64,000 nt of DNA from Patescibacteria group bacterium (lineage in GTDB: Bacteria; Patescibacteriota; Microgenomatia; UBA1400; CG1-02-47-37), in contig JAYEMX010000064.1 of assembly GCA_034718535.1 (NCBI GenBank), positions 4,328 to 68,327 of the forward strand, read 5' to 3'. Under the pieces are notes generated by a model that searched no databases, was not told the origin of the DNA, and saw only the letters and a program-made list of their open reading frames with translations. A program made the position numbers and the translations under genes. This document shows positions 30,000 to 38,692 of this stretch, in pieces. Every line of letters begins with the position of its first letter. Positions within the stretch are counted from its first letter, which is position 1.

Positions 30000-30389
30000 T
30001 CAGTGTTTAGATAAGTCATCAAGATAAGATTGAAGGATTATGGTGGCGGCAATTTTATGGTCTTGGCGGCGTTTTTTTTGCGGAGCTTGAGCCTGGATCA
30101 TTTTAATCTTAGCTTCGTAGCTTGATAGGGTTTCGTCTTGGTAGTAAATAGGGAGATTGGCCAACTGACTAAGTTTAGTGGCAAATGTTTTTATTTTTGG
30201 AGCTAATTTTCCTTGAGTAATACCAATAACCATAGCTTCAATTTCATACTCTTTAATTATTTGAAGTAAAAACCGAAATATTTTTTTTCCCGAAAAATAA
30301 GTTTTTTGAGTTAAGGGAAAAGCTAAGGGTCCTTGAGCTAAGCTTAAGCCAAGATGTTTTAGGCCAAAATCTATACCGAGATAGTTCAT
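30000..30389 (-). CDS. ruvX: YqgF/RuvX family RNase H-fold nuclease
   Basis: LGIDFGLKHLGLS, DETLSS, D..AA..ILQSYL; start adjusted to ATG 30389. Confidence 0.88.
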   Translation of the reverse strand: MNYLGIDFGLKHLGLSLAQGPLAFPLTQKTYFSGKKIFRFLLQIIKEYEIEAMVIGITQGKLAPKIKTFATKLSQLANLPIYYQDETLSSYEAKIKMIQAQAPQKKRRQDHKIAATIILQSYLDDLSKH

Positions 30390-31144
30390 ATCTCCGATAA
30401 TCTGGCTTTGACTATACCTCGGCGCCAATAAGTTCCGGGAGGAGTACAAGTAACTAAAGTCAGTTCTTTTTGATTATAGTGTTGTTCAAGAATGTTAATT
30501 TCGTCCGGAGCTACTTCGTAATAATCGTAAACCGTGTATTTATAAGAAATGCCATCATAATTAATAAAGACTTCATTTCCATTATCTAGGGTGGGAAGTA
30601 GAGAAAAAATAGCACGATAAGATTGGGGGTTGTAAAACTGAGGTAAAATAGAATGACCAAAGATAACTGAGTTACCGGCCTCCCCCGGATATGCGGTACC
30701 ACCATAATGGATTAAGCTGGTATTAAGGTCATCACCTCCAATAGCCACAACAGCGTTTTTAATTCTTAATCTGGGAATACTTAAAGTATAATGAGTAATT
30801 CTTGATGGAGAAAGAAGAGTTTGGGGTTTAGTAAAATTAAACCAGTTATTAACTTTTGAGTAATTAACAATTGAGTTTTCATTGGTGGTTTGGTTAGCCA
30901 GAACTTGGGGATTATTTGGGGAAATCGGATCTTGGATTGGGCTGATAAATTTGGGTTTTTTAGTACTTGTCATGGTTAGTTCATGAGAAATAATTGGGTA
31001 GCCAACAGAAATTAAAAGAGAGGCACCAACCGTAATCATGATAGTGGGAATTAATTTTTTTAAGTTAAAGAAGAATTGATGTTTTTGATTTTGAATAATA
31101 GTGGTTGGATTTGAGATCGGAGCTTTAGTATAGATAATACTCAT
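30386..31144 (-). CDS. Sortase
   Basis: N-terminal TM, LSIPRL, PGEAGNSVIFGH, LTLVTC..R (His/Cys/Arg triad). Confidence 0.9.
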   Translation of the reverse strand: MSIIYTKAPISNPTTIIQNQKHQFFFNLKKLIPTIMITVGASLLISVGYPIISHELTMTSTKKPKFISPIQDPISPNNPQVLANQTTNENSIVNYSKVNNWFNFTKPQTLLSPSRITHYTLSIPRLRIKNAVVAIGGDDLNTSLIHYGGTAYPGEAGNSVIFGHSILPQFYNPQSYRAIFSLLPTLDNGNEVFINYDGISYKYTVYDYYEVAPDEINILEQHYNQKELTLVTCTPPGTYWRRGIVKARLSEI

Positions 31145-31151
31145 ATTTATA

Positions 31152-33347
31152 TTATTCTGTTTTGAGCTCAATTAAAATATTTTTGGTGACACGAGGTAGG
31201 GTTTTTATTTTTTTAGGTAGATTTGGAGTAATGGAAATGTCGGCTTTAATAAAGCTTGGTAGGGTGGCTAAATAATCTTGGATAATGTTAGGATACTTCC
31301 CTTTTAAATTATTTTTAATATCAGTGAAGTCAAGTTTGGGAATTAGTTTTGCCTTAAAATCAACATCAATGGTAGCAGTATTGTTTTGGTTTAAAATGGC
31401 CGGAGCTATTTTAACTTCACTATTTTGACTAATCTCGTAGTTAGAAGGAACTTTTTCTTTTATCGCCTGCTGAAGAAGCAAATTAAGGTCATTTTGATTA
31501 TATGAAAGGGCAGAATATTCTAAATTAGCTTGTAAGGTTAAATTTTTTGTTTCTTCATCAATGTCATGACTAAAGGATTTACTAATTAAGTCATCTTGAT
31601 CTTTAACATCTACTAAAGAAAGTCCTGCTCCTAATTTCTGTTGTAAATTAGAGGCGGCCTGCTCTTTTAAATTAGATGTTAGGGCTAGAAGTAAAGTGGC
31701 TTGATCCTCTTTACTTACGGCTTTAACCTCTCTGGCGATACCACCCGACAAACCATCAATAACTTTGGCTGAGTAGTTATCTTCTGAAAATTGTTTAAAG
31801 CTCATGCTGACACCTGAGGATAAATTGCCATCGGGACCAATTGAGCTGGCGGTGACCTTACCAATGGCTTTACCAAAAGTGATAGTAACACCATCACCTG
31901 TGTCGGTTGATGATGAAGAAGTGGCAGTAATCTCTTCGTCAAGAGTGTACTTTAAGTTATCGGGGCCAATTAAAACAGAGCCGGCTGAAAAAGTTTTAGT
32001 ATTATCGGTTTTGTTATAAATAGTAATATCTCCTTTGGCTGGATCACCGATTAAACTGATTCCGGTAGTAGGAATAGATTTTGAGCCTTTAACTGAAATA
32101 TCAACAGATTCTCCCGGTAAAATACCTTTTTCCGGATCTAAAATAGTAGCTTTAGGGTCAATAGTGAGGGTAAGATTTTCATCAATAGTTTTTGGTTCAA
32201 TATAAAGAATTATATTGGCTTTCGGAATATACCAATAAGCAGAAAAAAGGCCAATAAATAAAGTTATAAAAGCCATACTAATTATGGTGAAGGTTTTGGA
32301 AGTTTTTTTGAATTTAAAAATTGATTTAAGTTTAGAAAATAAATTAGAAAAGGTTTTGAGAAGTTTTGAGAAAAAGCCGATTATTTTTAATTTTAAACCG
32401 AATTTAGGTTTGACAGAATTTGAAACCTCAGTTTGTAGGTCTGGTTCTTTTTTAATTGATGGTGGTAAGGGTTTAGTTAATGGTTTAATATTTTTAGCTA
32501 TATCGGTAGGAGAAAAACCAAAAGATTCAGCAGTGGCTTCTGTTTTTTGGGGGACAGGTTCATGCTTTTTTTTTGGTGAAGGCTTAATATCAAAACCTAA
32601 TGATTTGGCAACTTCACTACCACCAGCAAGGGCAACCGCTTTTATGGAAGCATTTTCAGGCAAACTTTCGACTTTTGGAAAGTGAATAAATGGAAGCTTT
32701 TCCTCCCAGTCATAGGACATTAATTGTTGTTTGTCTTCTTCAAAATCTTTTTTACCATTATAAAGAATCATTCTTGAAGGCAAGGTGTCAATTTTATTAA
32801 ATCTTGACAAGCCTTCTTCAACATCAGGACCCAAATCCCCACTTCTACCAATTAACTTAACGCCAATAATTTTACCAAGTTTAACTAAGGATAGATTAAG
32901 TTCTGAGTCTGATAATCTTAAAAAGATGGCATTTGGAGGGGTACCTTCTTCTATTTTTAAATACTTAATAACGGCGGTATCAGTAACCACAAAGCCAAGG
33001 GGTTTTAATTCAAGTTCTTGACAAATTTTTTTAAGAAGGGCTTTTTTTTCACTCAAAATATCTTCTGATTCTATCCAAGTTTCAGGTAAGCCAAAGATTA
33101 CTCCCGAAGGCTCTTTTTCTAAATTTTTAGAGGCTTTAGAAATAGATTTATCAACGGCATTGAGTAAATTTTCCGAAGTTTTTCCATCCCATTGATTGAT
33201 TGGGCCAATTTTAACTATTTTGGTGTGGCCGTCGAGAACAGTCCAGACTGCGCTTTTGACTATATCGTCACTAATCTCCAAGGCAAAAAATTGCTCTGGA
33301 GCTTCTTCTTTGTTTTTTAATTTAGTGAGCAGATTTTTTAATTCCAT
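31152..33347 (-). CDS. Single-pass membrane protein: FtsA/PilM-like N-terminus, baseplate-J-like C-terminal domain
   Basis: ALEISDDIVKSAVW actin-like start; TM near residue 355; AKGDITIYN..G..L..GPDGN..GG pattern reminiscent of Baseplate_J-like CPR proteins. Confidence 0.45.
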   Translation of the reverse strand: MELKNLLTKLKNKEEAPEQFFALEISDDIVKSAVWTVLDGHTKIVKIGPINQWDGKTSENLLNAVDKSISKASKNLEKEPSGVIFGLPETWIESEDILSEKKALLKKICQELELKPLGFVVTDTAVIKYLKIEEGTPPNAIFLRLSDSELNLSLVKLGKIIGVKLIGRSGDLGPDVEEGLSRFNKIDTLPSRMILYNGKKDFEEDKQQLMSYDWEEKLPFIHFPKVESLPENASIKAVALAGGSEVAKSLGFDIKPSPKKKHEPVPQKTEATAESFGFSPTDIAKNIKPLTKPLPPSIKKEPDLQTEVSNSVKPKFGLKLKIIGFFSKLLKTFSNLFSKLKSIFKFKKTSKTFTIISMAFITLFIGLFSAYWYIPKANIILYIEPKTIDENLTLTIDPKATILDPEKGILPGESVDISVKGSKSIPTTGISLIGDPAKGDITIYNKTDNTKTFSAGSVLIGPDNLKYTLDEEITATSSSSTDTGDGVTITFGKAIGKVTASSIGPDGNLSSGVSMSFKQFSEDNYSAKVIDGLSGGIAREVKAVSKEDQATLLLALTSNLKEQAASNLQQKLGAGLSLVDVKDQDDLISKSFSHDIDEETKNLTLQANLEYSALSYNQNDLNLLLQQAIKEKVPSNYEISQNSEVKIAPAILNQNNTATIDVDFKAKLIPKLDFTDIKNNLKGKYPNIIQDYLATLPSFIKADISITPNLPKKIKTLPRVTKNILIELKTE

Positions 33348-35097
33348 TTTTTAAAGCAACATAAATACGACGCTTGCCGGCGCCGATTGAATCTTGTTTT
33401 ATAATCTTAACACCACCAATTTCCCCTGTCGAGTTAACATGGGGGCCACCACATAGTTCTTTACTGAAATCTCCAATTGAATAAACAGTCACCTTGTCTG
33501 GATAGTTTTCTTTAAAAAAGGCTAAGGCGCCGGAGTTTATAGCTGTTTTTAATTTTTCTATTTTTTTGGTGACAGATAAATCTTTTTTGATTTGTTTGTT
33601 AATTAGGTTTTCGACTTTTTTAAGTTGATCGTCTGTTAACGCTTGGTCGTGAGTGAAGTCAAAGCGCAATCTTTTGGCGGTGATATTACTACCCTCTTGT
33701 TTAATGTGATCTCCTAAAATTTGACGAAGAGTTTGATGAAGTAAATGAGTGGCGGTGTGTAGTTTGGTGGTGGCTTCTGATTGATCTTCTAAACCCCCCT
33801 TAAACATTCCAGCTGAAGCCGATTTAGATTTTTTGGAGTGAGATTTTTTTAGTTTATTAAAATCGGATTTTTTTATTTTAATGTTTTTAGATTTTAAAAT
33901 TTCCTGAGTAATTTCAAAGGGAAAGCCATGGGTTTGGAAAAGGTTAAAGGCAAATTGAGCATCGACTTTTTGACAAGAACCATCCTTGTTAGTAGCCCTA
34001 TCAATTAAGTTTAAACCTTTGTTTAGAGATTTTTGGAATTTATTGATCTCTTTTATTAAGGCTGGTTCATCAATGATTTTGGAAAAATTTTGAGAATTTA
34101 GTTCACCAGTTAGCTGTCTAAACTTAACAGCAGAGCGACGGATTAAACGACGAAGAACATAACCTTGTTGTTTATTTGAAGGTTCTAAGCCTTGATCAAT
34201 CATGGCTTTGGCTGATCGAAGGTGGTCGGCAATAATTCTCATTGGAGTTTTATTTTTGCCTTGATATTTTTTATTGGTAGCTTTTTCGATTGATTTAATA
34301 ATAGGTTTAAAAATATTTATTTGAAATATATCGGGAGTTTTTTGGACAGCTTGAGCTAATCTTTCAAGGCCTCCACCAAAATCAACGTTTTGTTTGGGAA
34401 GTGGCTTTAAAGAATTATTTTTTGTTTTTATGTATTGCATAAAAACCGAATTTCCTATTTCCAAATATCGACCACAATCACAGTTAAGGTGACACTTTTT
34501 ATCTTTATATTCTGATTTTTCATGAAAATTATATTCTTTTCCAAAGTCATAAAAAATTTCCGAATCAGGCCCACCGATTTCTCCAGTTGGCATTTTGTCA
34601 GGCGTGCCGGCCCTTGACCACCAGTTTTTTTCGGCAGGATATTGAAAAATGTGATTATCCTTAATACCCAGAGATTTCCAGATTTTAATAGATTCTTCAT
34701 CTTTTCTAATATTTTTATCTCCTTTAAAAACAGAAATAAAAAGTTTTTCTTTGGGAAGTTTTAAAATATTGGTTAAAAACTCCCAGATCCAAGCAAGTTG
34801 TTCTTTTTTAAAGTAATCTCCCAATGACCAATTACCTAACATTTCAAAATAGGTGGTATGGCGGTTATCTCCAACCTCATCAATATCTTCGGCTCTAAAA
34901 CATGGTTGAGAGTCAACCAGTCTTTTTCCCATTGGATGAGGTTCTCCCTTTAAGTATGGAACTAGTTGTTGCATGCCAGAATTATTAAAAAGAGTGGTGG
35001 GGTCATCTTGTGGAATTAGAGGAGCCGGAGGAATAACTGCGTGTTTTTTGTTGGTAAAAAAATCTAAATAAGCTTTTTTGATCTGATCAGTAGTCAT
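33322..35097 (-). CDS. alaS: Alanyl-tRNA synthetase, short form lacking C-Ala
   Basis: DPTTLF, RHTTYFEMLGNWS, GGPDSEIF, DFGGGLER, editing HTATHLL and ELCGGPHV. Confidence 0.96.
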   Translation of the reverse strand: MTTDQIKKAYLDFFTNKKHAVIPPAPLIPQDDPTTLFNNSGMQQLVPYLKGEPHPMGKRLVDSQPCFRAEDIDEVGDNRHTTYFEMLGNWSLGDYFKKEQLAWIWEFLTNILKLPKEKLFISVFKGDKNIRKDEESIKIWKSLGIKDNHIFQYPAEKNWWSRAGTPDKMPTGEIGGPDSEIFYDFGKEYNFHEKSEYKDKKCHLNCDCGRYLEIGNSVFMQYIKTKNNSLKPLPKQNVDFGGGLERLAQAVQKTPDIFQINIFKPIIKSIEKATNKKYQGKNKTPMRIIADHLRSAKAMIDQGLEPSNKQQGYVLRRLIRRSAVKFRQLTGELNSQNFSKIIDEPALIKEINKFQKSLNKGLNLIDRATNKDGSCQKVDAQFAFNLFQTHGFPFEITQEILKSKNIKIKKSDFNKLKKSHSKKSKSASAGMFKGGLEDQSEATTKLHTATHLLHQTLRQILGDHIKQEGSNITAKRLRFDFTHDQALTDDQLKKVENLINKQIKKDLSVTKKIEKLKTAINSGALAFFKENYPDKVTVYSIGDFSKELCGGPHVNSTGEIGGVKIIKQDSIGAGKRRIYVALKNGIKKSAH

Positions 35098-35110
35098 GAA
35101 GTTAAAGATT

Positions 35111-35437
35111 TTACTTAGCTAATGGTTTACCGGATTTAACAAAGATGTTTTTTTTGATTTTTGAAACAGTTTTGGTAACTTTTTTTTTGGTTTGGTTTGA
35201 TTTTTTTAGTAAATCTTGATTGGTGTTTTCCAAAGAGTTTTCCAATTTTTTGGCTTTAAGTTTGATGTTTTTTATTAATTCCGGTAGATAAGATTTAGTA
35301 TCATCCAAGTGCTTTGAAAATTCTTTTCGAATTTTTTTGCCTTTTTTTGTTTTATAAAGAAAAGTGGCACCAACCGCAACTGCAGCTCCAAGAGCCAAAC
35401 CAGCTGTGAGGTGTACTGACTTTTTATTTTTTGACAT
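35111..35437 (-). CDS. YtxH-like protein
   Basis: GLALGAAVAVGATFLYKTKKGKKIR N-terminus followed by coiled coil; adjacent to a DUF948-like gene. Confidence 0.65.
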   Translation of the reverse strand: MSKNKKSVHLTAGLALGAAVAVGATFLYKTKKGKKIRKEFSKHLDDTKSYLPELIKNIKLKAKKLENSLENTNQDLLKKSNQTKKKVTKTVSKIKKNIFVKSGKPLAK

Positions 35438-35699
35438 TCTTCTTTTTGTCAATCAAATTACTAGCTAGTTCAACTAGTTTAGCTCCTTTTTTTAGACCGG
35501 TGACAAATTCAGAGGCTTGCTCAATGGGGTCGGCTACACTTTTAGTAATTCTTTTCATGTCATCCATCATGTCATTGCTTTTTTGAAGAGTTTTTCTAAC
35601 CTCTTCTAAAATTCTAAAAATATAGATAGAAAAGATTACCAGTAGAATAACTAAGATGGTGACTACAACTACTAAAATTATTTGAGATAAAGTTAACAT
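35424..35699 (-). CDS. DUF948/YtxG-like membrane-anchored coiled-coil protein
   Basis: N-terminal TM followed by amphipathic coiled coil; ytxG-ytxH-like order. Confidence 0.55.
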   Translation of the reverse strand: MLTLSQIILVVVVTILVILLVIFSIYIFRILEEVRKTLQKSNDMMDDMKRITKSVADPIEQASEFVTGLKKGAKLVELASNLIDKKKNVKK

Positions 35700-35702
35700 A
35701 AT

Positions 35703-36845
35703 TTATTGTTTTTGCAATTTTCCTACTGTGATAATAACATCATATTCATTATCATCAGTCAAGGGTGTTTGGTTTTTAATGAGATCATAATCTGAATTTA
35801 GAGATCTTTCTATAATTGTCCAAACAGTTTCCGGAGTATTTGTTTTTAACTGAACAGAGGTTTTTTGGTGATCAAGTTCATCGGCGTTGTCAGCTATGAT
35901 TTCCACAAAGTCTTTGGCCTCTAAAATATCCTTGACTGTGCCAGCTACACCCCTACCTCCAGTACCATTTAGGACTAAAATTTTGTAGTCTGATAGAGTT
36001 ACTTCTATCTCCGGTTCTGGCGAGGGTGAAGGCGAGGGTGAAGGAGTTGGGTTTGGAGAAGCTACTATGAGGGGTGAAGGCGAGGGTTTTAGGTTGTTTT
36101 GCAGAGCATTTCTTTGAACTAAAATACCACCAGTGATGAGGGCGCCTAGGGTTAAGGTGACAATAAAAGCAATGATGAGAGTTTTGTTCGGTTTTGGTTT
36201 TAATTTCTTAGGTTCCGAACTATCCTTCACTTCGTTGCGGACCGCTGGAAGTTCGGAACTTTGAGACTTTGATGGTTTAAGTTTGGTGGGTGATAGTTTT
36301 TTAAGAGAAAGGTTAAGAACTTTTTCGTCTCTACCTTTTAAGTCTTTTTTTAAAGCAAGGCCGATGACTGGATTTGGATTGCGAATTTTTGAGATGGTTT
36401 TTGGTTCGATGGCTTGAAGTTTTAAGTTGGCATCAACAAGAGCTTGAGAGATAAGGGTAAAGATTGATTTGACTGGAGCAAAGGCAATAATTTGTTTGTC
36501 TGATTGAGTTTTTCGACCAGTTTCCTTAAAATCCCAGTTTTCATTTTCTAGAATTTCTGGAATTTCGGGTTTGATTTTTTCTTCGATTAACTTTCGCTCA
36601 TCTTTAACTTTAGTGTTAAAGGGGATGTTTAAACTTAAGACATATGATAATTCATCTGAAAGTAAAATTCTGATTGATTTAGTTTTAAGTTGTTTTTTTA
36701 CCTGAACAAAGGCTTTATCCAAAGAGTCTTTACTCCAAGTAATTTCATCTGACTTAATGATGGCAGGGGCCTTACCTGTCTTAACTAGAACAGCTTTAAG
36801 TTTGTCTTTGGTTAGATAGATGATGGGAATTTTTTTGTTAAACAT
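35703..36845 (-). CDS. Membrane protein with C-terminal LytR_C domain
   Basis: TM, Pro-Ser linker, then ILVLNGTGGRGVA..DNA..DVIITVG. Confidence 0.75.
   Translation of the reverse strand: MFNKKIPIIYLTKDKLKAVLVKTGKAPAIIKSDEITWSKDSLDKAFVQVKKQLKTKSIRILLSDELSYVLSLNIPFNTKVKDERKLIEEKIKPEIPEILENENWDFKETGRKTQSDKQIIAFAPVKSIFTLISQALVDANLKLQAIEPKTISKIRNPNPVIGLALKKDLKGRDEKVLNLSLKKLSPTKLKPSKSQSSELPAVRNEVKDSSEPKKLKPKPNKTLIIAFIVTLTLGALITGGILVQRNALQNNLKPSPSPLIVASPNPTPSPSPSPSPEPEIEVTLSDYKILVLNGTGGRGVAGTVKDILEAKDFVEIIADNADELDHQKTSVQLKTNTPETVWTIIERSLNSDYDLIKNQTPLTDDNEYDVIITVGKLQKQ
36210..36261. repeat. Family C element in frame within the LytR_C gene
   Basis: aggttccgaact..agttcggaactt arms around a 28-nt insert; encodes SSELPAVRNEVKDSSEP. 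Confidence 0.75.
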
Positions 36846-36853
36846 TTAATAAT

Positions 36854-37243
36854 TTATGGGTATTTTAAATTTCCACATTCGGATTCAAGTTTTTCGAATA
36901 GAGCTTTACAAACTTGATCTTGGGCGGAATTTTTAACTGAGTCGACAGCGTCAGAGGCTGCTTCTGATACTTTTTCGGTTATCTTTTCGGTGACAGTGTT
37001 GGTAATATTACCAGTGATAGTTTTTTCGTCATCGGGATTGGGAAAATATTCTGGAATTTTGATTTGGTTTGACTCTGGTAAGGCTTGGTTGGCGTAGTCG
37101 ATGGCTCCCTTAATCATGGGAGTGTTAACAACGGCAGGATTATTGAGGATGTTTTTTAGGCCGGGAAAGGTTAGGGTAGTTAACTGAACTAAGCCAAATA
37201 GAGCAAGCAGGATAACTATAATTCGACCGGATTGTTTTAACAT
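36854..37243 (-). CDS. Hypothetical membrane-anchored or secreted protein
   Basis: N-terminal hydrophobic segment; C-terminal Cys pair. Confidence 0.65.
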   Translation of the reverse strand: MLKQSGRIIVILLALFGLVQLTTLTFPGLKNILNNPAVVNTPMIKGAIDYANQALPESNQIKIPEYFPNPDDEKTITGNITNTVTEKITEKVSEAASDAVDSVKNSAQDQVCKALFEKLESECGNLKYP

Positions 37244-37287
37244 AGGGTAAGTCTAAAATATCAGGTTTTAAGAGTTTAAGCAATTAA

Positions 37288-37322
37288 ATGACAGTGACAG
37301 GGTCAGACCCTGTCACTGTCAT
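37288..37322. repeat. Family A palindrome with 17-bp perfect arms, upstream of RAYT-1
   Basis: atgacagtgacagggtc-a-gaccctgtcactgtcat. Confidence 0.92.
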
Positions 37323-37346
37323 GTTCCCTGTGATATGATTATTAGG

Positions 37347-38030
37347 ATGCCATCAAAGAATAGGAATAAAGTTTATAAAGAAAACGGATATTATCATGTT
37401 TATAATCGTGGGGTTGATAAACGAAAAATTTTTATGGATGAACAAGATTATGCTGTTTTTTTGCATTTACTAAAGTATTATCTTTCTCCACCCAGCAAAG
37501 AAGACAAACATCCTTTGTCGGATACTTCTACAGCTGTGATTAGGCCTAGGCCAATTGAAAATTTACATCAAGAGGTTAATTTACTTGCTTATTGTTTGAT
37601 GCCAAACCATTTTCATTTATTGATAAAACAAAAAAGTATTGATGGTATGACAAAACTAATTCATAAACTACTAACTATTTATTCAATGTATTTTAATAGG
37701 CGTCATAAACGTATTGGCCATTTGTTTCAAGGTTGTTATAAGGCAGTTTTAGCTGATAATGACGAGCAGGTTTTGCATCTATCTCGATATATACACCTTA
37801 ATCCAGTTAAGCTGACAGGGTCTGACCCTGTCAGGTGGCCATACTCAAGTTTGGCTTATTATTTAGGGGAGAAAACTGCTAAGTGGGTGAAACCTAAAGA
37901 AATACTTGAGTGTTTTGAAAAGATAGAAAAGAATAAACTAACAAATAAAAACTACAATTCTTATAAAGAATTTGTTTTTGACGATAAAAAAGATTCTAAA
38001 GAAACTGTTGGCAGGTTTTCTATTGATTGA
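37347..38030 (+). CDS. REP-associated tyrosine transposase (RAYT/TnpA-REP, Y1 HUH), copy 1
   Basis: YHVYNRG, AYCLMPNHFHLL (HUH), GHLFQG, YIHLNP (catalytic Tyr), WPYSS; flanked by palindromes. Start at MPSKN by alignment with copy 2. Confidence 0.9.
   Translation: MPSKNRNKVYKENGYYHVYNRGVDKRKIFMDEQDYAVFLHLLKYYLSPPSKEDKHPLSDTSTAVIRPRPIENLHQEVNLLAYCLMPNHFHLLIKQKSIDGMTKLIHKLLTIYSMYFNRRHKRIGHLFQGCYKAVLADNDEQVLHLSRYIHLNPVKLTGSDPVRWPYSSLAYYLGEKTAKWVKPKEILECFEKIEKNKLTNKNYNSYKEFVFDDKKDSKETVGRFSID
37812..37834. repeat. Family A palindrome inside RAYT-1 (opposite orientation)
   Basis: ctgacagggtc-t-gaccctgtcag, encoding LTGSDPVR. Confidence 0.92.
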
Positions 38031-38048
38031 CAGGGTCAGACCCTGTCA
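38028..38048. repeat. Family A palindrome downstream of RAYT-1; supplies its TGA stop
   Basis: tgacagggtcagaccctgtca; the first three bases are the stop codon. Confidence 0.92.
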
Positions 38049-38063
38049 GTGGTGTATTTCTTT

Positions 38064-38690
38064 TTATTTGATGATGAGGTGAAGGGTGGTTTGGGTGGAT
38101 TTTTGGCGACGAGAAGTGGATTTTAGTTTGAGTTCCTGAGCGCCTGAGAGTCCATTAAAAACAGTGGTAAAATTACCATCTGATTCAAGATTAATAATTT
38201 TTCCATTTAAAGTAAGAGTGGCATCGTGATTAGTTTTACCTTTAATCAAAACCGGGGTAGCAAGAGTTTGACCATTTTTAGGTTTAAAGACAATTAATTT
38301 GGGTGGGCGATTAAGCTTGTAAAAGGATAAAGCCAGATATGAGGTAAATAAAAGGCCAATAATGATGGCAGTGATAATATTTCGAATGGAAGAAGATGGT
38401 TGCCAGGGAGAATTTAAGGGTTTGGTTAAACCCTTGGGGATAATCTTTTTTTTGCTTTTTTGATAGTCTCTTTTAAAAACAGCAGTGGTTTTATTGGGAT
38501 CTAATCCTAAAAGTTTGGCGTAGTTTTTAATAAAGCCAAGAATATAAGTGTAGGCGGGGAGTTTTTTATATTGATTTCTTTCCAGGGCTTTAATGGTGTT
38601 AACCGGAAGTTTTAGTTTAGATGAAACCGAAGTATAAGTGAGTTTCTTTTTTAGTCTGGCTGTTTTTAGTAAATCCCCTGCTTTTAGCAT
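38064..38690 (-). CDS. RodZ-like HTH membrane protein
   Basis: GDLLKTAR..IKALE..LP..YILGFIKNYAKLLGLD, TM, Ig-like C-terminus; downstream of ftsK. Confidence 0.8.
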   Translation of the reverse strand: MLKAGDLLKTARLKKKLTYTSVSSKLKLPVNTIKALERNQYKKLPAYTYILGFIKNYAKLLGLDPNKTTAVFKRDYQKSKKKIIPKGLTKPLNSPWQPSSSIRNIITAIIIGLLFTSYLALSFYKLNRPPKLIVFKPKNGQTLATPVLIKGKTNHDATLTLNGKIINLESDGNFTTVFNGLSGAQELKLKSTSRRQKSTQTTLHLIIK

Positions 38691-38692
38691 AG

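Noticed and set aside
36018-36090. ggcgagggtgaa repeats
   Set aside because: They encode an ordinary Pro-Ser linker; the resemblance to cgagggtgaa in the rplO repeat is too short to support a link.
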